In this document: piece after piece, positions 21,899-29,791 of the stretch
How positions within the stretch are numbered: position 1 is the first letter of the stretch
How the letters are laid out: every line of letters starts with the position of its first letter
The notes under the pieces: generated by a model
The model's database searches: none
Seen by the model: the letters and a program-made list of their open reading frames with translations, nothing else
What the model was told of the DNA's origin: nothing
DNA from: Candidatus Peribacterales bacterium
Lineage (GTDB): Bacteria; Patescibacteriota; Gracilibacteria; Peribacterales; Peribacteraceae
Direction: 5' to 3'
Assembly (NCBI GenBank): GCA_043747095.1
Contig: JAYTPR010000140.1
Location: forward strand, 1 to 33,629
Length of the DNA: 33,629 nucleotides
Program-made: the position numbers and the translations under genes

Positions 21899-23788
21899 AT
21901 GAAAAACTTTTTCGAAACCGACGGCATCGTGTCACTACGTGAAGCTCGCATGACGCATATCACGCTCCGTCCAGGTGCAGAAAGCGCTCCAGCTCCCGAG
22001 CAGCCTCAGGGGCCCCGTAGAGTTGATATGCGCGCAGATCAGGTCCCAGAAGAATTGCTTCGTAGCATTGTAGAAAGGAGAAATGGAGCTCAGGAAGAGG
22101 CGACTGAAACTGCAGCAACCCACCTCGATACCATTGCTTCAGGCGTCCAACGTAATTTGGATGCTCTGTATTCCAGCCCTAATGTCTCTCCACAATTTGT
22201 GAAGGAGTACCTGGATAGCGTGAATCAACAACTGCATCCTCGGGGGCTACATGCCAGTTCGGCAAACAGACAGGCGCGGATCTCACCGTATAACCCCAGG
22301 CAGTTTCCACCAGAGCAGATTGCAAAGAAGAATCGCATCAATGAACTGCAGGGGAAGATCAACCAGGTCGATCGTAATATTCGGGAGCTCATGCAGGGCT
22401 TTCGGCAGAACGCAGTGCAGTACAGGAATCAAAAAGGAGCCTCTATGAATCGAGGCAACGTCGCTCCTGAGATCAACCAAATGCTGATGCAGTTTCCGCA
22501 AGCCTCCATGCAGGCGAGCGCGAACCCACTCCATCAACTCCACGCACTCAAGTTCAGGCTCCAGCAGGAACTTGCGGGCGTGAAATCCGGCATGATCAAG
22601 GTTGCAGTTCCAGGGCAGGGCGGTGAGCAGGACCCGAGCCTCATCAATGATCCTCGCTATGCCGCGAGCGGCACGGGCGACACACGCTTTAACTTGAATG
22701 GCGCACCAGGCGGCATCGGTCCAGACGGTTTGCCACTTCAAAACGCCATGCCTACCGCTGCGGAACAAGCAGCTATTCTCAAGCTGACGGCGCGTTGGAG
22801 GGGCATCGGCACAGAGGAGGAGCGTGATACGGTGGAAGGTTTTCTTATGATGGACGGCGTCGATGTGAGTAATAGCAATCTCGCGACTGATGAGATCGTG
22901 ATGGCCAGCCCCGAGGAGAAAGGCATGATGTTCCTTATGGGACTCATTACGGTTCTCAAGTCATTTTTGGATCGCTTGAACAGAAAAAAAACAGTGATTG
23001 GCGAAAGCGCCGCTACCGACAAAGACCCCGCAACCATGAAGTCGGAAGACATCACGGCGGAGAAAGAGGGGAACGACAAGAAGCTTGATGAGCTCACGAA
23101 GAAGAAAGGTAAAAACGAAACCGATATCAAGGATGCTGAGAAGAAACTAAAGAACGTCGAGAAGCCGCTCGAGGGTGAGGCAAAGACGAAAGTAGAAACG
23201 GAGCTCAAGCAGATGAAAGAAGAGCTGAAGAAGATCAATGAAGAAATCGCAAAGCTCGAGAAGCGAAACAAAGAACTCGCCAACCCTGATACATTTAAGG
23301 ATCGCGAGAAGGACATCACGACGCAGGATAAGCTGAAAGATGATCCACTCTTTAAGGATTTTCAAAACGCGAAGGAGCAAATGAAGCAGAAGCTGCGTAG
23401 TGCTTTTGAACAAGTGCTGGATTCCAAAGATGCTGCAGGGAACATGAAGAAGCTCGGTGAAGAACTTGGCGTCGATCTGAGTGATACCGGCCTGAATATA
23501 AAGGATGCAGTTGAGGCACTTGTTACTTTTATGGATGCATTTGTGGATAGCTCTGGCTTAGAAAAAAATGGCGCGGGCAAATATCGTATGACGATGGATG
23601 TGGTCAAACCTTTCGAGAGCATTATGAAAAACCCTCTTCTCGCAAAGCTGCAAAAAGCGATGCGTGAGGATATGCCCGCATTTACACAAGAAATGGCAGC
23701 CGCTATTGATCTTGAGCTCACATTTGCAGGAGACAGGGTAATGACGACATTTATGGACGGACAAACGCTGCTGAAAGAAATGTTCTAG
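21899..23788 (+). CDS. hypothetical protein (629 aa): Q/N/P-rich N-terminal half, K/E-rich coiled coil, globular C-terminus
   Basis: This is a long intact ORF with coding-like composition. I recognised no known motif. The central segment is KEGNDKKLDELTKKKGKNETDIKDAEKKLKNVEKPLEGEAKTKVETELKQMKEELKKINEEIAKLEKRNKEL. Confidence 0.75.
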   Translation: MKNFFETDGIVSLREARMTHITLRPGAESAPAPEQPQGPRRVDMRADQVPEELLRSIVERRNGAQEEATETAATHLDTIASGVQRNLDALYSSPNVSPQFVKEYLDSVNQQLHPRGLHASSANRQARISPYNPRQFPPEQIAKKNRINELQGKINQVDRNIRELMQGFRQNAVQYRNQKGASMNRGNVAPEINQMLMQFPQASMQASANPLHQLHALKFRLQQELAGVKSGMIKVAVPGQGGEQDPSLINDPRYAASGTGDTRFNLNGAPGGIGPDGLPLQNAMPTAAEQAAILKLTARWRGIGTEEERDTVEGFLMMDGVDVSNSNLATDEIVMASPEEKGMMFLMGLITVLKSFLDRLNRKKTVIGESAATDKDPATMKSEDITAEKEGNDKKLDELTKKKGKNETDIKDAEKKLKNVEKPLEGEAKTKVETELKQMKEELKKINEEIAKLEKRNKELANPDTFKDREKDITTQDKLKDDPLFKDFQNAKEQMKQKLRSAFEQVLDSKDAAGNMKKLGEELGVDLSDTGLNIKDAVEALVTFMDAFVDSSGLEKNGAGKYRMTMDVVKPFESIMKNPLLAKLQKAMREDMPAFTQEMAAAIDLELTFAGDRVMTTFMDGQTLLKEMF

Positions 23789-23820
23789 CAATAAAAACCC
23801 CACCACATCGTCTTATCAGT

Positions 23821-23967
23821 ATGAAGCCTCCCGTACCTAAAAAGCAGAAGACACACGTTGCAGGGTCTATCCTGGATTTTGTATCGTGGGGCATGCGTGA
23901 AGTCGCGCTCCCGATTCCAGACTCTCTCATCGCTGCGATGAAGAAAAAGAAGAAGCTGAAGAAATAG
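23821..23967 (+). CDS. candidate small basic protein (48 aa)
   Basis: The translation is MKPPVPKKQKTHVAGSILDFVSWGMREVALPIPDSLIAAMKKKKKLKK. The ORF starts 32 nt after the preceding gene and is too short for the ORF track. Confidence 0.3.
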   Translation: MKPPVPKKQKTHVAGSILDFVSWGMREVALPIPDSLIAAMKKKKKLKK

Positions 23968-23968
23968 T

Positions 23969-24694
23969 CTACGCCGAGAGTATCGCGGCTTGTTCAAGCT
24001 CCAAGATTTCAGCAAGGACATCGATCTGTCTGCTATCAAAGAATTCTTTGATTTCCTCTTTGGAAAGCCCAAAGACCGAATGTCGGGGAACCACCGCATT
24101 GCGGGCAACGTCTAAATTGTTAATGGCTGTTTCGAGCGGATCTTGCTGCGTATCCACGACGTGTTTGTAGTCACCGATACTCGGCTTGATGACGAGCGAT
24201 TTTTTATCGATGACGAAGTAAAACGCATCCTCGGTCATAAATTCACAGCCCTTACGAGCACATTGGATTGCGATCTCGCTTAACTCCATGAGCGCCTGAG
24301 GGCCGTTTGGCACTTTGCCGATGATCTCGCAACGTTCAATACGCTCTTCCCACTCGGCGTCATCAGCAGTTCTGTTTGTATCCGAAAATACGTACTGCGT
24401 TCCGCCGCGCGTAATATCCGTGCAGCACACTGCTGTGCCGGTGTCATTGAGGCGATACGTGGTGTGCGCGACGGGGATGCCGGCATCCATCAACATCTCC
24501 CAACGCTTCGCTTCGTCGTAGAGCTTGCGGATGGCGACTGCGTTTTTGGGACGGCGAAATGCCATTGTGATATCGCGCCGCTTGTCATCGACAATGACAC
24601 GTACGTTCGCGCGAAAGACGTCGTTACGTGCACCGCTTCCAATGTACTCACCACCGCGCTCAATGATGTGCTTCAGCGGATCGGTCGTCTTCAT
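23969..24694 (-). CDS. hypothetical protein with possible protein-kinase-like fold (241 aa)
   Basis: I used the ATG at 24694, which has TATTAT 6 nt upstream; the track ORF starts at a TTG at 24709. It has a Gly-rich loop-like segment IGSGARNDVF, a possible helix-C Glu in LYDEAKRW, and a late IGDY (DFG-like). The fold assignment is tentative. Confidence 0.65.
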   Translation of the reverse strand: MKTTDPLKHIIERGGEYIGSGARNDVFRANVRVIVDDKRRDITMAFRRPKNAVAIRKLYDEAKRWEMLMDAGIPVAHTTYRLNDTGTAVCCTDITRGGTQYVFSDTNRTADDAEWEERIERCEIIGKVPNGPQALMELSEIAIQCARKGCEFMTEDAFYFVIDKKSLVIKPSIGDYKHVVDTQQDPLETAINNLDVARNAVVPRHSVFGLSKEEIKEFFDSRQIDVLAEILELEQAAILSA

Positions 24695-24700
24695 TGTATG

Positions 24701-24721
24701 ATAATACAATGATTGTATTAT
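24701..24721 (-). promoter_or_regulatory. perfect 21-bp palindrome containing the -10 box TATTAT (6 nt before the ATG)
   Basis: ATAATACAAT-g-ATTGTATTAT has 10-bp arms. The minus-sense sequence reads attgTATTATcatacaATG. Confidence 0.45.
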
Positions 24722-24750
24722 TTAGACAAATATCGACTATAGAACGTTTC

Positions 24751-24836
24751 TGGTGCCCAGGAGAGGACTTGAACCTCCATACCCTTGCGGGTACCAGCTC
24801 CTAAGGCTGGCGTGTCTGCCATTTCACCACCTGGGC
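24751..24836 (-). tRNA. tRNA-Leu (anticodon TAG), long variable arm, CCA encoded
   Basis: The minus-sense sequence is GCCCAGGTGGTGAAATGGCAGACACGCCAGCCTTAGGAGCTGGTACCCGCAAGGGTATGGAGGTTCAAGTCCTCTCCTGGGCACCA. The anticodon stem is CCAGC/GCTGG with loop CTTAGGA. Confidence 0.95.
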
Positions 24837-24848
24837 ATATGCCGCTTT

Positions 24849-24854
24849 AGTATA
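24849..24854 (-). promoter_or_regulatory. -10 box TATACT, 12 nt upstream of the tRNA-Leu 5' end
   Basis: The minus-sense sequence reads ccgTATACTaaagcggcatatGCCCAGG. Confidence 0.4.
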
Positions 24855-24878
24855 CGGTACGAATGCGTTTCCTGATGA

Positions 24879-25820
24879 TCACTTGTTGTCGTACAGGAGA
24901 TCTTTGTATTTCTGCTCAATATCTTCGTATTTCCGAGCGAGCTCTGCGTCATGCAGACGCGTCATACGACGTAGTTCGGATTCAGATTGCGACTTCCTTC
25001 CGTAGAAATCATTGTCGATTTCATTTTTACGACGAGTGGCCTCCTGTTCAATGGCGGCCTTTTTTTCGCTCCACTCAATTTCTACTTTTTTACGCTTCAC
25101 GCGAAACTGTGCTTCAATCATTCCCCGAATCTGCTGAGCCTGTGATGGCGGGCGACCGGCGGTTGCGAATGAAAATTGGCGCTGCGCTTCGTTTTCAACC
25201 TGCACATGACGACTTCTCCTCCAGCCTTCCAGCTGGTATTCGCGGGTTCGAACATCGGTATCAATAATTGCCTTTCTGGCACGCGCCTCATGTTCCAAGG
25301 CTTCTTTACGCGCGGTGTCAGAGTGCTCCGCAAGCTCCATTTTTGAGCGATGATCATATTCGGCATGCTTCCGCTCGCCCTCTTTTGCCGCGAGTAATTC
25401 GTTTTGGCGCTTCTCCATCGCTTGTTTAATGAGCGACGTGTCATGAAGTTCTTTCATGTAGCCCTGCTGTACTTTATGACGGTTATCGCGAATTTTTTGC
25501 TGATCAGCGATGAGCTGTGCCTGCTTGGCTCGGCGCTTCTTATCTTCCAGCAGCTCGAGCTCACGTGTTTTCATCGAACTGCGATACTCCTTTTTCTGCT
25601 CAGATACTTCACGCGTTTTTAATGCGGCCTCAGCGGCTGCTTTGTGCGCTTTTTTCTCTTCATTTTCTCGATCAGTTTTGATTTTTTCTTTCAGTGCTTT
25701 CTCGCGCTCCGAACGTTTGCGAGCAAGCTCCGCCGCACGTGCAAGTTCAGTTTCACGGTCGCCACTTGCAGCGGGATCGGGAGTCTCTGGGGCAGAGCCG
25801 AAAAATGCGGAGTCAGCCAT
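24879..25820 (-). CDS. hypothetical highly charged (K/E/R-rich) coiled-coil protein (313 aa)
   Basis: I chose the start at the ATG at 25820 (MADSAFFGS...), which lies directly downstream of TGgTATAAT. The track ORF starts at 25874. Confidence 0.7.
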   Translation of the reverse strand: MADSAFFGSAPETPDPAASGDRETELARAAELARKRSEREKALKEKIKTDRENEEKKAHKAAAEAALKTREVSEQKKEYRSSMKTRELELLEDKKRRAKQAQLIADQQKIRDNRHKVQQGYMKELHDTSLIKQAMEKRQNELLAAKEGERKHAEYDHRSKMELAEHSDTARKEALEHEARARKAIIDTDVRTREYQLEGWRRSRHVQVENEAQRQFSFATAGRPPSQAQQIRGMIEAQFRVKRKKVEIEWSEKKAAIEQEATRRKNEIDNDFYGRKSQSESELRRMTRLHDAELARKYEDIEQKYKDLLYDNK

Positions 25821-25826
25821 CTCACC

Positions 25827-25835
25827 ATTATACCA
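25827..25835 (-). promoter_or_regulatory. extended -10 TGgTATAAT, 6 nt upstream of the ATG (leaderless-type)
   Basis: The minus-sense sequence reads ttctGGTATAATggtgagATG. Confidence 0.55.
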
Positions 25836-25877
25836 GAAAAATGGCTTCCAGCCTATCAAAACCAGCTGCTTCAAAAG

Positions 25878-27644
25878 CTAGATCTTCTCGACGATGGTGA
25901 GCTCAAGTTCCTTCAGCTGCTCAGGAGGAACCGGTGACGGAGCGCCAAGCATGAGATCTTTGGCTTTCTGATCCTTCGGGAATGGTGTGACCTCGCGAAT
26001 GTTCGGTTCACCGGCAAGAATCATAACAACGCGGTCGATACCGTACGCAAATCCTCCATGCGGAGGGGCTCCGTAGCTGAACGCTTCGAGCATGTGACCG
26101 AAACGCTTTTTCTGATCCTCCGGAGAAATGCCGAGCATCTCGAATACTTCGGACTGAAGAACTGGATCATGAATACGAATAGAACCTGAGCCCAGTTCAT
26201 AACCGTCGAGCACTAAGTCGTAGCAAATGGAGTGCACGGTGAGTGGTTCGTCTTTGCGACGCTTCCACTCTTCCGTATTCGGGCTCGTGAACGGATGGTG
26301 GCTAAATGTGAGACTTCCATCATCATTCTCTTCAAACATCGGGAACTCCGTAACCCAGAAGAGTGCGTGCGTTGTCGTATCAATGAGATTGAAACGCTTC
26401 GCAGCTTCAACGCGAATACGGCCAAGCGATGCGCAGACGATCTTGAATTTGTCAGCACCGAAGAAGAGCGCGTCACCAGTCTTGGCACCGGTAGCTTTTT
26501 GGAGCTGCTCCAAGAAACCTTCCTTGAAGAACTTCAGAAGCGGGGACTGCGGACCCTCTTCTTTAAAGAGGATGTAGGCGAGTCCTTTGGCTTTCAGTTC
26601 GCGTGCGAGTGCGGTCCAGGTATCTATCTCACTACGAGAGAGTGACGCACCTCCTGGGACGCATACAGCGCGCACAACGCCATTCTTGAGACTGAGTGCA
26701 TCCTCAAAGACTTTGAATCCGCAGCCTTTGCTGATCTCCGACACATCGACGATCGGAAGATCAAAACGAAGGTCTGGCTTATCAGAACCATACGTATCCA
26801 TCACATGCTGCCACGTAAACGTTTCAACCTTGCCCCACTTCAGTTTCTTTGGGCTGCACTCTTTCAGGATAGATTCGATGGACCCCTGAATGATGCTCTG
26901 CACGTCTGCCTGCTCACAGAAACTCATCTCAAAGTCGAGCTGCAAAAATTCCGGCTGACGGTCGCCACGCAAATCTTCATCACGGAAACAACGTGCAATT
27001 TGGAAATACCTATCGAGTCCGCCGACCATACAGAGCTGCTTGAGCTGCTGTGGGGACTGCGGAAGAACAAAGAAATTTCCTGGGTACACACGAGAGGGGA
27101 CGACGTATTCACGCGCACCTTCTGGCGTGCCTTTGATGAGACATGGTGTGTCAATTTCAAGGCATCCCTGAGCCGTAAAGTAGGTGCGAATGAGCTGGAA
27201 GACCTTGGACCTGAGCGTAAGATTTTTCTGCATCTTTTGGCTCCTCAAATCCAAGTAACGGTACTGCAGGCGCAGCTCTTCGTTGACGGCAACCGTGTTA
27301 TCGATTTCAAACGGCGGTGTTTTGGCACGGCTCAAAATTTCTAGCTTCTCAACGGAGATTTCAATCTCTCCGGTCGGCATCTTCGGGTTTTCGGTTCCGG
27401 CGAGGCGCTTTGTTACTTTTCCTGTGACCTGAATCACCCACTCTGGGCGAATGGTCTCAGCGACAGCGAAAATTTCTTTGGCGATCTCCGGATGAAACAC
27501 AACCTGTGTCAGGCCGTAGCGATCACGAACATCGAGGAAAATCAGTCCACCATGGTCACGACGTGTATTGACCCAGCCGCAGAGAGTCACGGAGATGTCC
27601 GCGTTCTTGGCTGTGAGTTCGCCGCAGGTGTGGGTGCGTAGCAT
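25878..27644 (-). CDS. aspS: aspartate--tRNA ligase (bacterial type with GAD insertion)
   Basis: 588 aa. It has the N-terminal OB fold (LCGWVNTRRDHGGLIFLDVRDRYG), class II motifs (FRDEDLRGDRQPEFLQLDFE; GSGSIRIHD; GGFAYGIDR) and a central insertion domain. Confidence 0.95.
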   Translation of the reverse strand: MLRTHTCGELTAKNADISVTLCGWVNTRRDHGGLIFLDVRDRYGLTQVVFHPEIAKEIFAVAETIRPEWVIQVTGKVTKRLAGTENPKMPTGEIEISVEKLEILSRAKTPPFEIDNTVAVNEELRLQYRYLDLRSQKMQKNLTLRSKVFQLIRTYFTAQGCLEIDTPCLIKGTPEGAREYVVPSRVYPGNFFVLPQSPQQLKQLCMVGGLDRYFQIARCFRDEDLRGDRQPEFLQLDFEMSFCEQADVQSIIQGSIESILKECSPKKLKWGKVETFTWQHVMDTYGSDKPDLRFDLPIVDVSEISKGCGFKVFEDALSLKNGVVRAVCVPGGASLSRSEIDTWTALARELKAKGLAYILFKEEGPQSPLLKFFKEGFLEQLQKATGAKTGDALFFGADKFKIVCASLGRIRVEAAKRFNLIDTTTHALFWVTEFPMFEENDDGSLTFSHHPFTSPNTEEWKRRKDEPLTVHSICYDLVLDGYELGSGSIRIHDPVLQSEVFEMLGISPEDQKKRFGHMLEAFSYGAPPHGGFAYGIDRVVMILAGEPNIREVTPFPKDQKAKDLMLGAPSPVPPEQLKELELTIVEKI

Positions 27645-27652
27645 CGGGGGCC

Positions 27653-27658
27653 AGTATA
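27653..27658 (-). promoter_or_regulatory. -10 box TATACT, 8 nt upstream of the aspS ATG (leaderless-type)
   Basis: The minus-sense sequence reads cacttATACTggcccccgATG. Confidence 0.5.
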
Positions 27659-27676
27659 AGTGAAAGACGATGAATT

Positions 27677-27704
27677 TTGACAGGAGATTTAAAAGTTTTA
27701 TACT
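27677..27704 (+). promoter_or_regulatory. sigma-70-type promoter TTGACA-16 nt-TATACT, 8 nt upstream of the ATG at 27713
   Basis: The sequence reads TTGACAggagatttaaaagtttTATACTcgtgcgctATG. The -35 is consensus. Confidence 0.6.
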
Positions 27705-27712
27705 CGTGCGCT

Positions 27713-28099
27713 ATGCCTACTGAACAATTTGATTGGGTTGAACAGGGAACCCCCATGCAGGCCCTCGAGGAGATGTGCGGTCGTGCAGATGTGGAAACTA
27801 CAGCGTTCCATCGTGTGTATGAACGCGTGCTCGGAGATGCTGCGCTTTTGAAAGAGGAACCGGGAGCACTGATGTTTCTGGAGCAGCTTCTCCATGCTGA
27901 TACTCCATATGATAAAGAACTACTGATGAATGGTCGCATTTCAACAGTGGGCGCAGGAGAAGATCTTCGCGTGCCTGACGATGCGATCCCTGATGAGATT
28001 GGATACGACATGCGTCGTCGAGCGGCGTGGGTAGTTGCCAATCGCACGATGAAAGACGAATTTGCCGCGAACGCACAGAGAGAATACTCCTACTTCTAA
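27713..28099 (+). CDS. hypothetical protein (128 aa)
   Basis: I set the start at the ATG downstream of the promoter. The track ORF begins at 27677, inside the -35 box. I recognised no motif. Confidence 0.55.
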   Translation: MPTEQFDWVEQGTPMQALEEMCGRADVETTAFHRVYERVLGDAALLKEEPGALMFLEQLLHADTPYDKELLMNGRISTVGAGEDLRVPDDAIPDEIGYDMRRRAAWVVANRTMKDEFAANAQREYSYF

Positions 28100-28107
28100 G
28101 CGGAGCT

Positions 28108-28554
28108 CTATTTGAAGAACCGTCCAAGCTCCTTCTTGAATTCTTCGACGTCCTTGAATTCGCGGTGAACCGAAGCAAAGCGGATGTAAGCCACTTTATC
28201 GAGTTTAGAGAGCGCCATCATGACGTCTTTGCCGATGGTCGCGCTCTCTACTTCTTCTTTGTTCTTGCCCCACTTCTCTTCGAGGTCTGAAAGCATTTTA
28301 TCAATGTTCTTCTGCGTCACCGGACGCTTGGTACACGAAAGCCAAATGCCGCGTTCCAATTTACTACGGCTGTACGGTTCGCGCGTTCCATCACGCTTGA
28401 TGACGATGAGCGACGCAAGCTCCTGACGTTCGAACGTTGTGAAGCGGTGCTCGCACTTTGCACACTCGCGACGACGACGAATTGCACGCCCCTCTTCTGT
28501 GAGACGAGAGTCGATGACGGCCGTGTCCTCATATTTACAACGGGGGCAGCGCAT
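28108..28554 (-). CDS. nrdR: transcriptional repressor NrdR (Zn ribbon + ATP-cone)
   Basis: The N-terminus is MRCPRCKYEDTAVIDSRLTEEGRAIRRRRECAKCEHRFTTFE, followed by an ATP-cone region. Confidence 0.92.
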   Translation of the reverse strand: MRCPRCKYEDTAVIDSRLTEEGRAIRRRRECAKCEHRFTTFERQELASLIVIKRDGTREPYSRSKLERGIWLSCTKRPVTQKNIDKMLSDLEEKWGKNKEEVESATIGKDVMMALSKLDKVAYIRFASVHREFKDVEEFKKELGRFFK

Positions 28555-28560
28555 GGGGCA

Positions 28561-28566
28561 ATACTA
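28561..28566 (-). promoter_or_regulatory. -10-like box TAGTAT, 6 nt upstream of the nrdR ATG
   Basis: The minus-sense sequence reads catgTAGTATtgccccATG. Confidence 0.45.
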
Positions 28567-28646
28567 CATGGAGCTTCAGCTCAGACGAAAGCGGCTTCTG
28601 TAGATGACAATGACAATTTTATGTACTTCCAGACAGTCTTTGTTAC

Positions 28647-28652
28647 CATAAT
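28647..28652 (+). promoter_or_regulatory. -10-like box CATAAT, 5 nt upstream of the ATG at 28658
   Basis: The sequence reads gttacCATAATgcgctATG. Confidence 0.35.
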
Positions 28653-28657
28653 GCGCT

Positions 28658-29299
28658 ATGGCACTGGAAAATGAGCCGCCGGGCCACAATAGGCTGGAAC
28701 GCATGGGGCTTCCCGGATACGGGAGAAACCCTGGCTCACCCAAAGATGTGCGACCACCACAGGCGAACAACTTTGCTCCGATACGTGACTACGGAATGGA
28801 TTTGGAAAGCCCTACATTCCAAAATAAATACGGCTCTGGTTTAGGCGTTCCGTCGAAGCATGTACCACACGAAAGACCTCCATCTTATGAATCCTCTCGT
28901 ACGCTCTACGCACTGATCGCGGCAGGCGCCATCGCAATCAGTAGCCTGCTTGCAAACTGCGTGCAGTGGCAGAAACTTTCGGAATCCGAGAAAATGCGAC
29001 AATCTCAGCGGGAAGGTATGCAAGACGCCTTGCTCCGTTACGACGCGCTTGAAGAAGAATTTTTAAAAGAACGCACCGCACGCAGAAGCGCCGAACTCAC
29101 GACACGCTTGCAACAAGCCGACGTCATTCGCATGCGTCAGGAATTGGAGCGGGTCCGAGAGCTGTACCGCGCCAAAATACTAGAAGCGCAAAGCCCCCTG
29201 CCTAAGAACGGTGACCGTGTCTCCGATAACACGAATAACAGTAGAAGGGTCGGCGGTAGGAAGGGTGCCGGCATCGATGACCAGCTCGGGGACGAGTAA
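28658..29299 (+). CDS. hypothetical single-pass membrane protein (213 aa)
   Basis: It has a Pro-rich N-terminus, a TM helix LYALIAAGAIAISSLLANCV and a charged helical C-terminus. The last 120 nt overlap the 3' end of tsaC on the opposite strand. Confidence 0.5.
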   Translation: MALENEPPGHNRLERMGLPGYGRNPGSPKDVRPPQANNFAPIRDYGMDLESPTFQNKYGSGLGVPSKHVPHERPPSYESSRTLYALIAAGAIAISSLLANCVQWQKLSESEKMRQSQREGMQDALLRYDALEEEFLKERTARRSAELTTRLQQADVIRMRQELERVRELYRAKILEAQSPLPKNGDRVSDNTNNSRRVGGRKGAGIDDQLGDE

Positions 29300-29791
29300 C
29301 GCCCCCGCCCACTGTGCTTCGATCTCGGCAACAGAATATGGATTCGGTTTTCCGTGCAAGTTTGCTGATGTCGTTGCGATGGGCTTACTGAAAGACTCTG
29401 CAAGTTTCATAGCGAACGGATGTGATGAAATTCGCACACCGATTTGTGCATCGGTACCGTTTCCGGCAGCCGTGAGCCAAATGGGTGGAGCGCTTTTCTT
29501 TTTTGAGAGAACGATCGTGAGTGGACCCGGAAGATGCGTCTGAAAAAGTTCTTCGGCTTTCGGCGGTACCTCCACGTACTCTCGCGCAGCATCGATGGAT
29601 GCAAAAAGTGCACTGACAGTTTGGTAACCGGGACGCTGTTTCACATCAAACAAATCTTTCACCGCGTCTTCATTCGTAAGGTCACACGCGATGCCGTAAC
29701 ACGTCTCTGTCGCATGAATGACTGTGCCGCCGGTGCTGAGAACCTCCAGTGCTTCTCGAAGCGCCTCAGGTGATTCTGGAATGATTTTCAT
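29180..29791 (-). CDS. tsaC: L-threonylcarbamoyladenylate synthase (YrdC/TsaC, single-domain form)
   Basis: It is a YrdC-fold protein with TETCYGIACD, KQRP, LPGPLTIVL, ATTSANLHG and a C-terminal PSTVIRV motif. Its ATG overlaps the dnaE TGA (ATGA at 29788-29791). Confidence 0.88.
   Translation of the reverse strand: MKIIPESPEALREALEVLSTGGTVIHATETCYGIACDLTNEDAVKDLFDVKQRPGYQTVSALFASIDAAREYVEVPPKAEELFQTHLPGPLTIVLSKKKSAPPIWLTAAGNGTDAQIGVRISSHPFAMKLAESFSKPIATTSANLHGKPNPYSVAEIEAQWAGALLVPELVIDAGTLPTADPSTVIRVIGDTVTVLRQGALRF

Noticed and set aside
22738-23319. 193-aa Ser/Phe-rich minus-strand ORF (also 23147-23413 and 23362-23721)
   Set aside because: It is the mirror image of the K/E-rich coiled-coil coding region, since AAG/GAA codons read as CTT/TTC. 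This is a low-complexity artefact.
6665-27644. Co-occurrence of tRNA-Asp and aspS in the same window
   Set aside because: They are about 19 kb apart with unrelated genes between them, and no T-box or shared regulatory element is visible. This is probably coincidence.
26213-28047. Multiple 80-180-aa ORFs inside or antisense to aspS, and the 163-aa ORF 27556-28047 crossing the divergent promoter region
   Set aside because: aspS is unambiguous. The 27556-28047 ORF would run through two promoters and antisense to the 27713 gene.
28555-28657. NrdR boxes near nrdR, and significance of nrdR lacking adjacent nrd genes
   Set aside because: I found no tandem 16-bp palindromic NrdR-box-like sequences in the flanking intergenic regions. 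An orphan nrdR location is common and uninformative without the rest of the genome.
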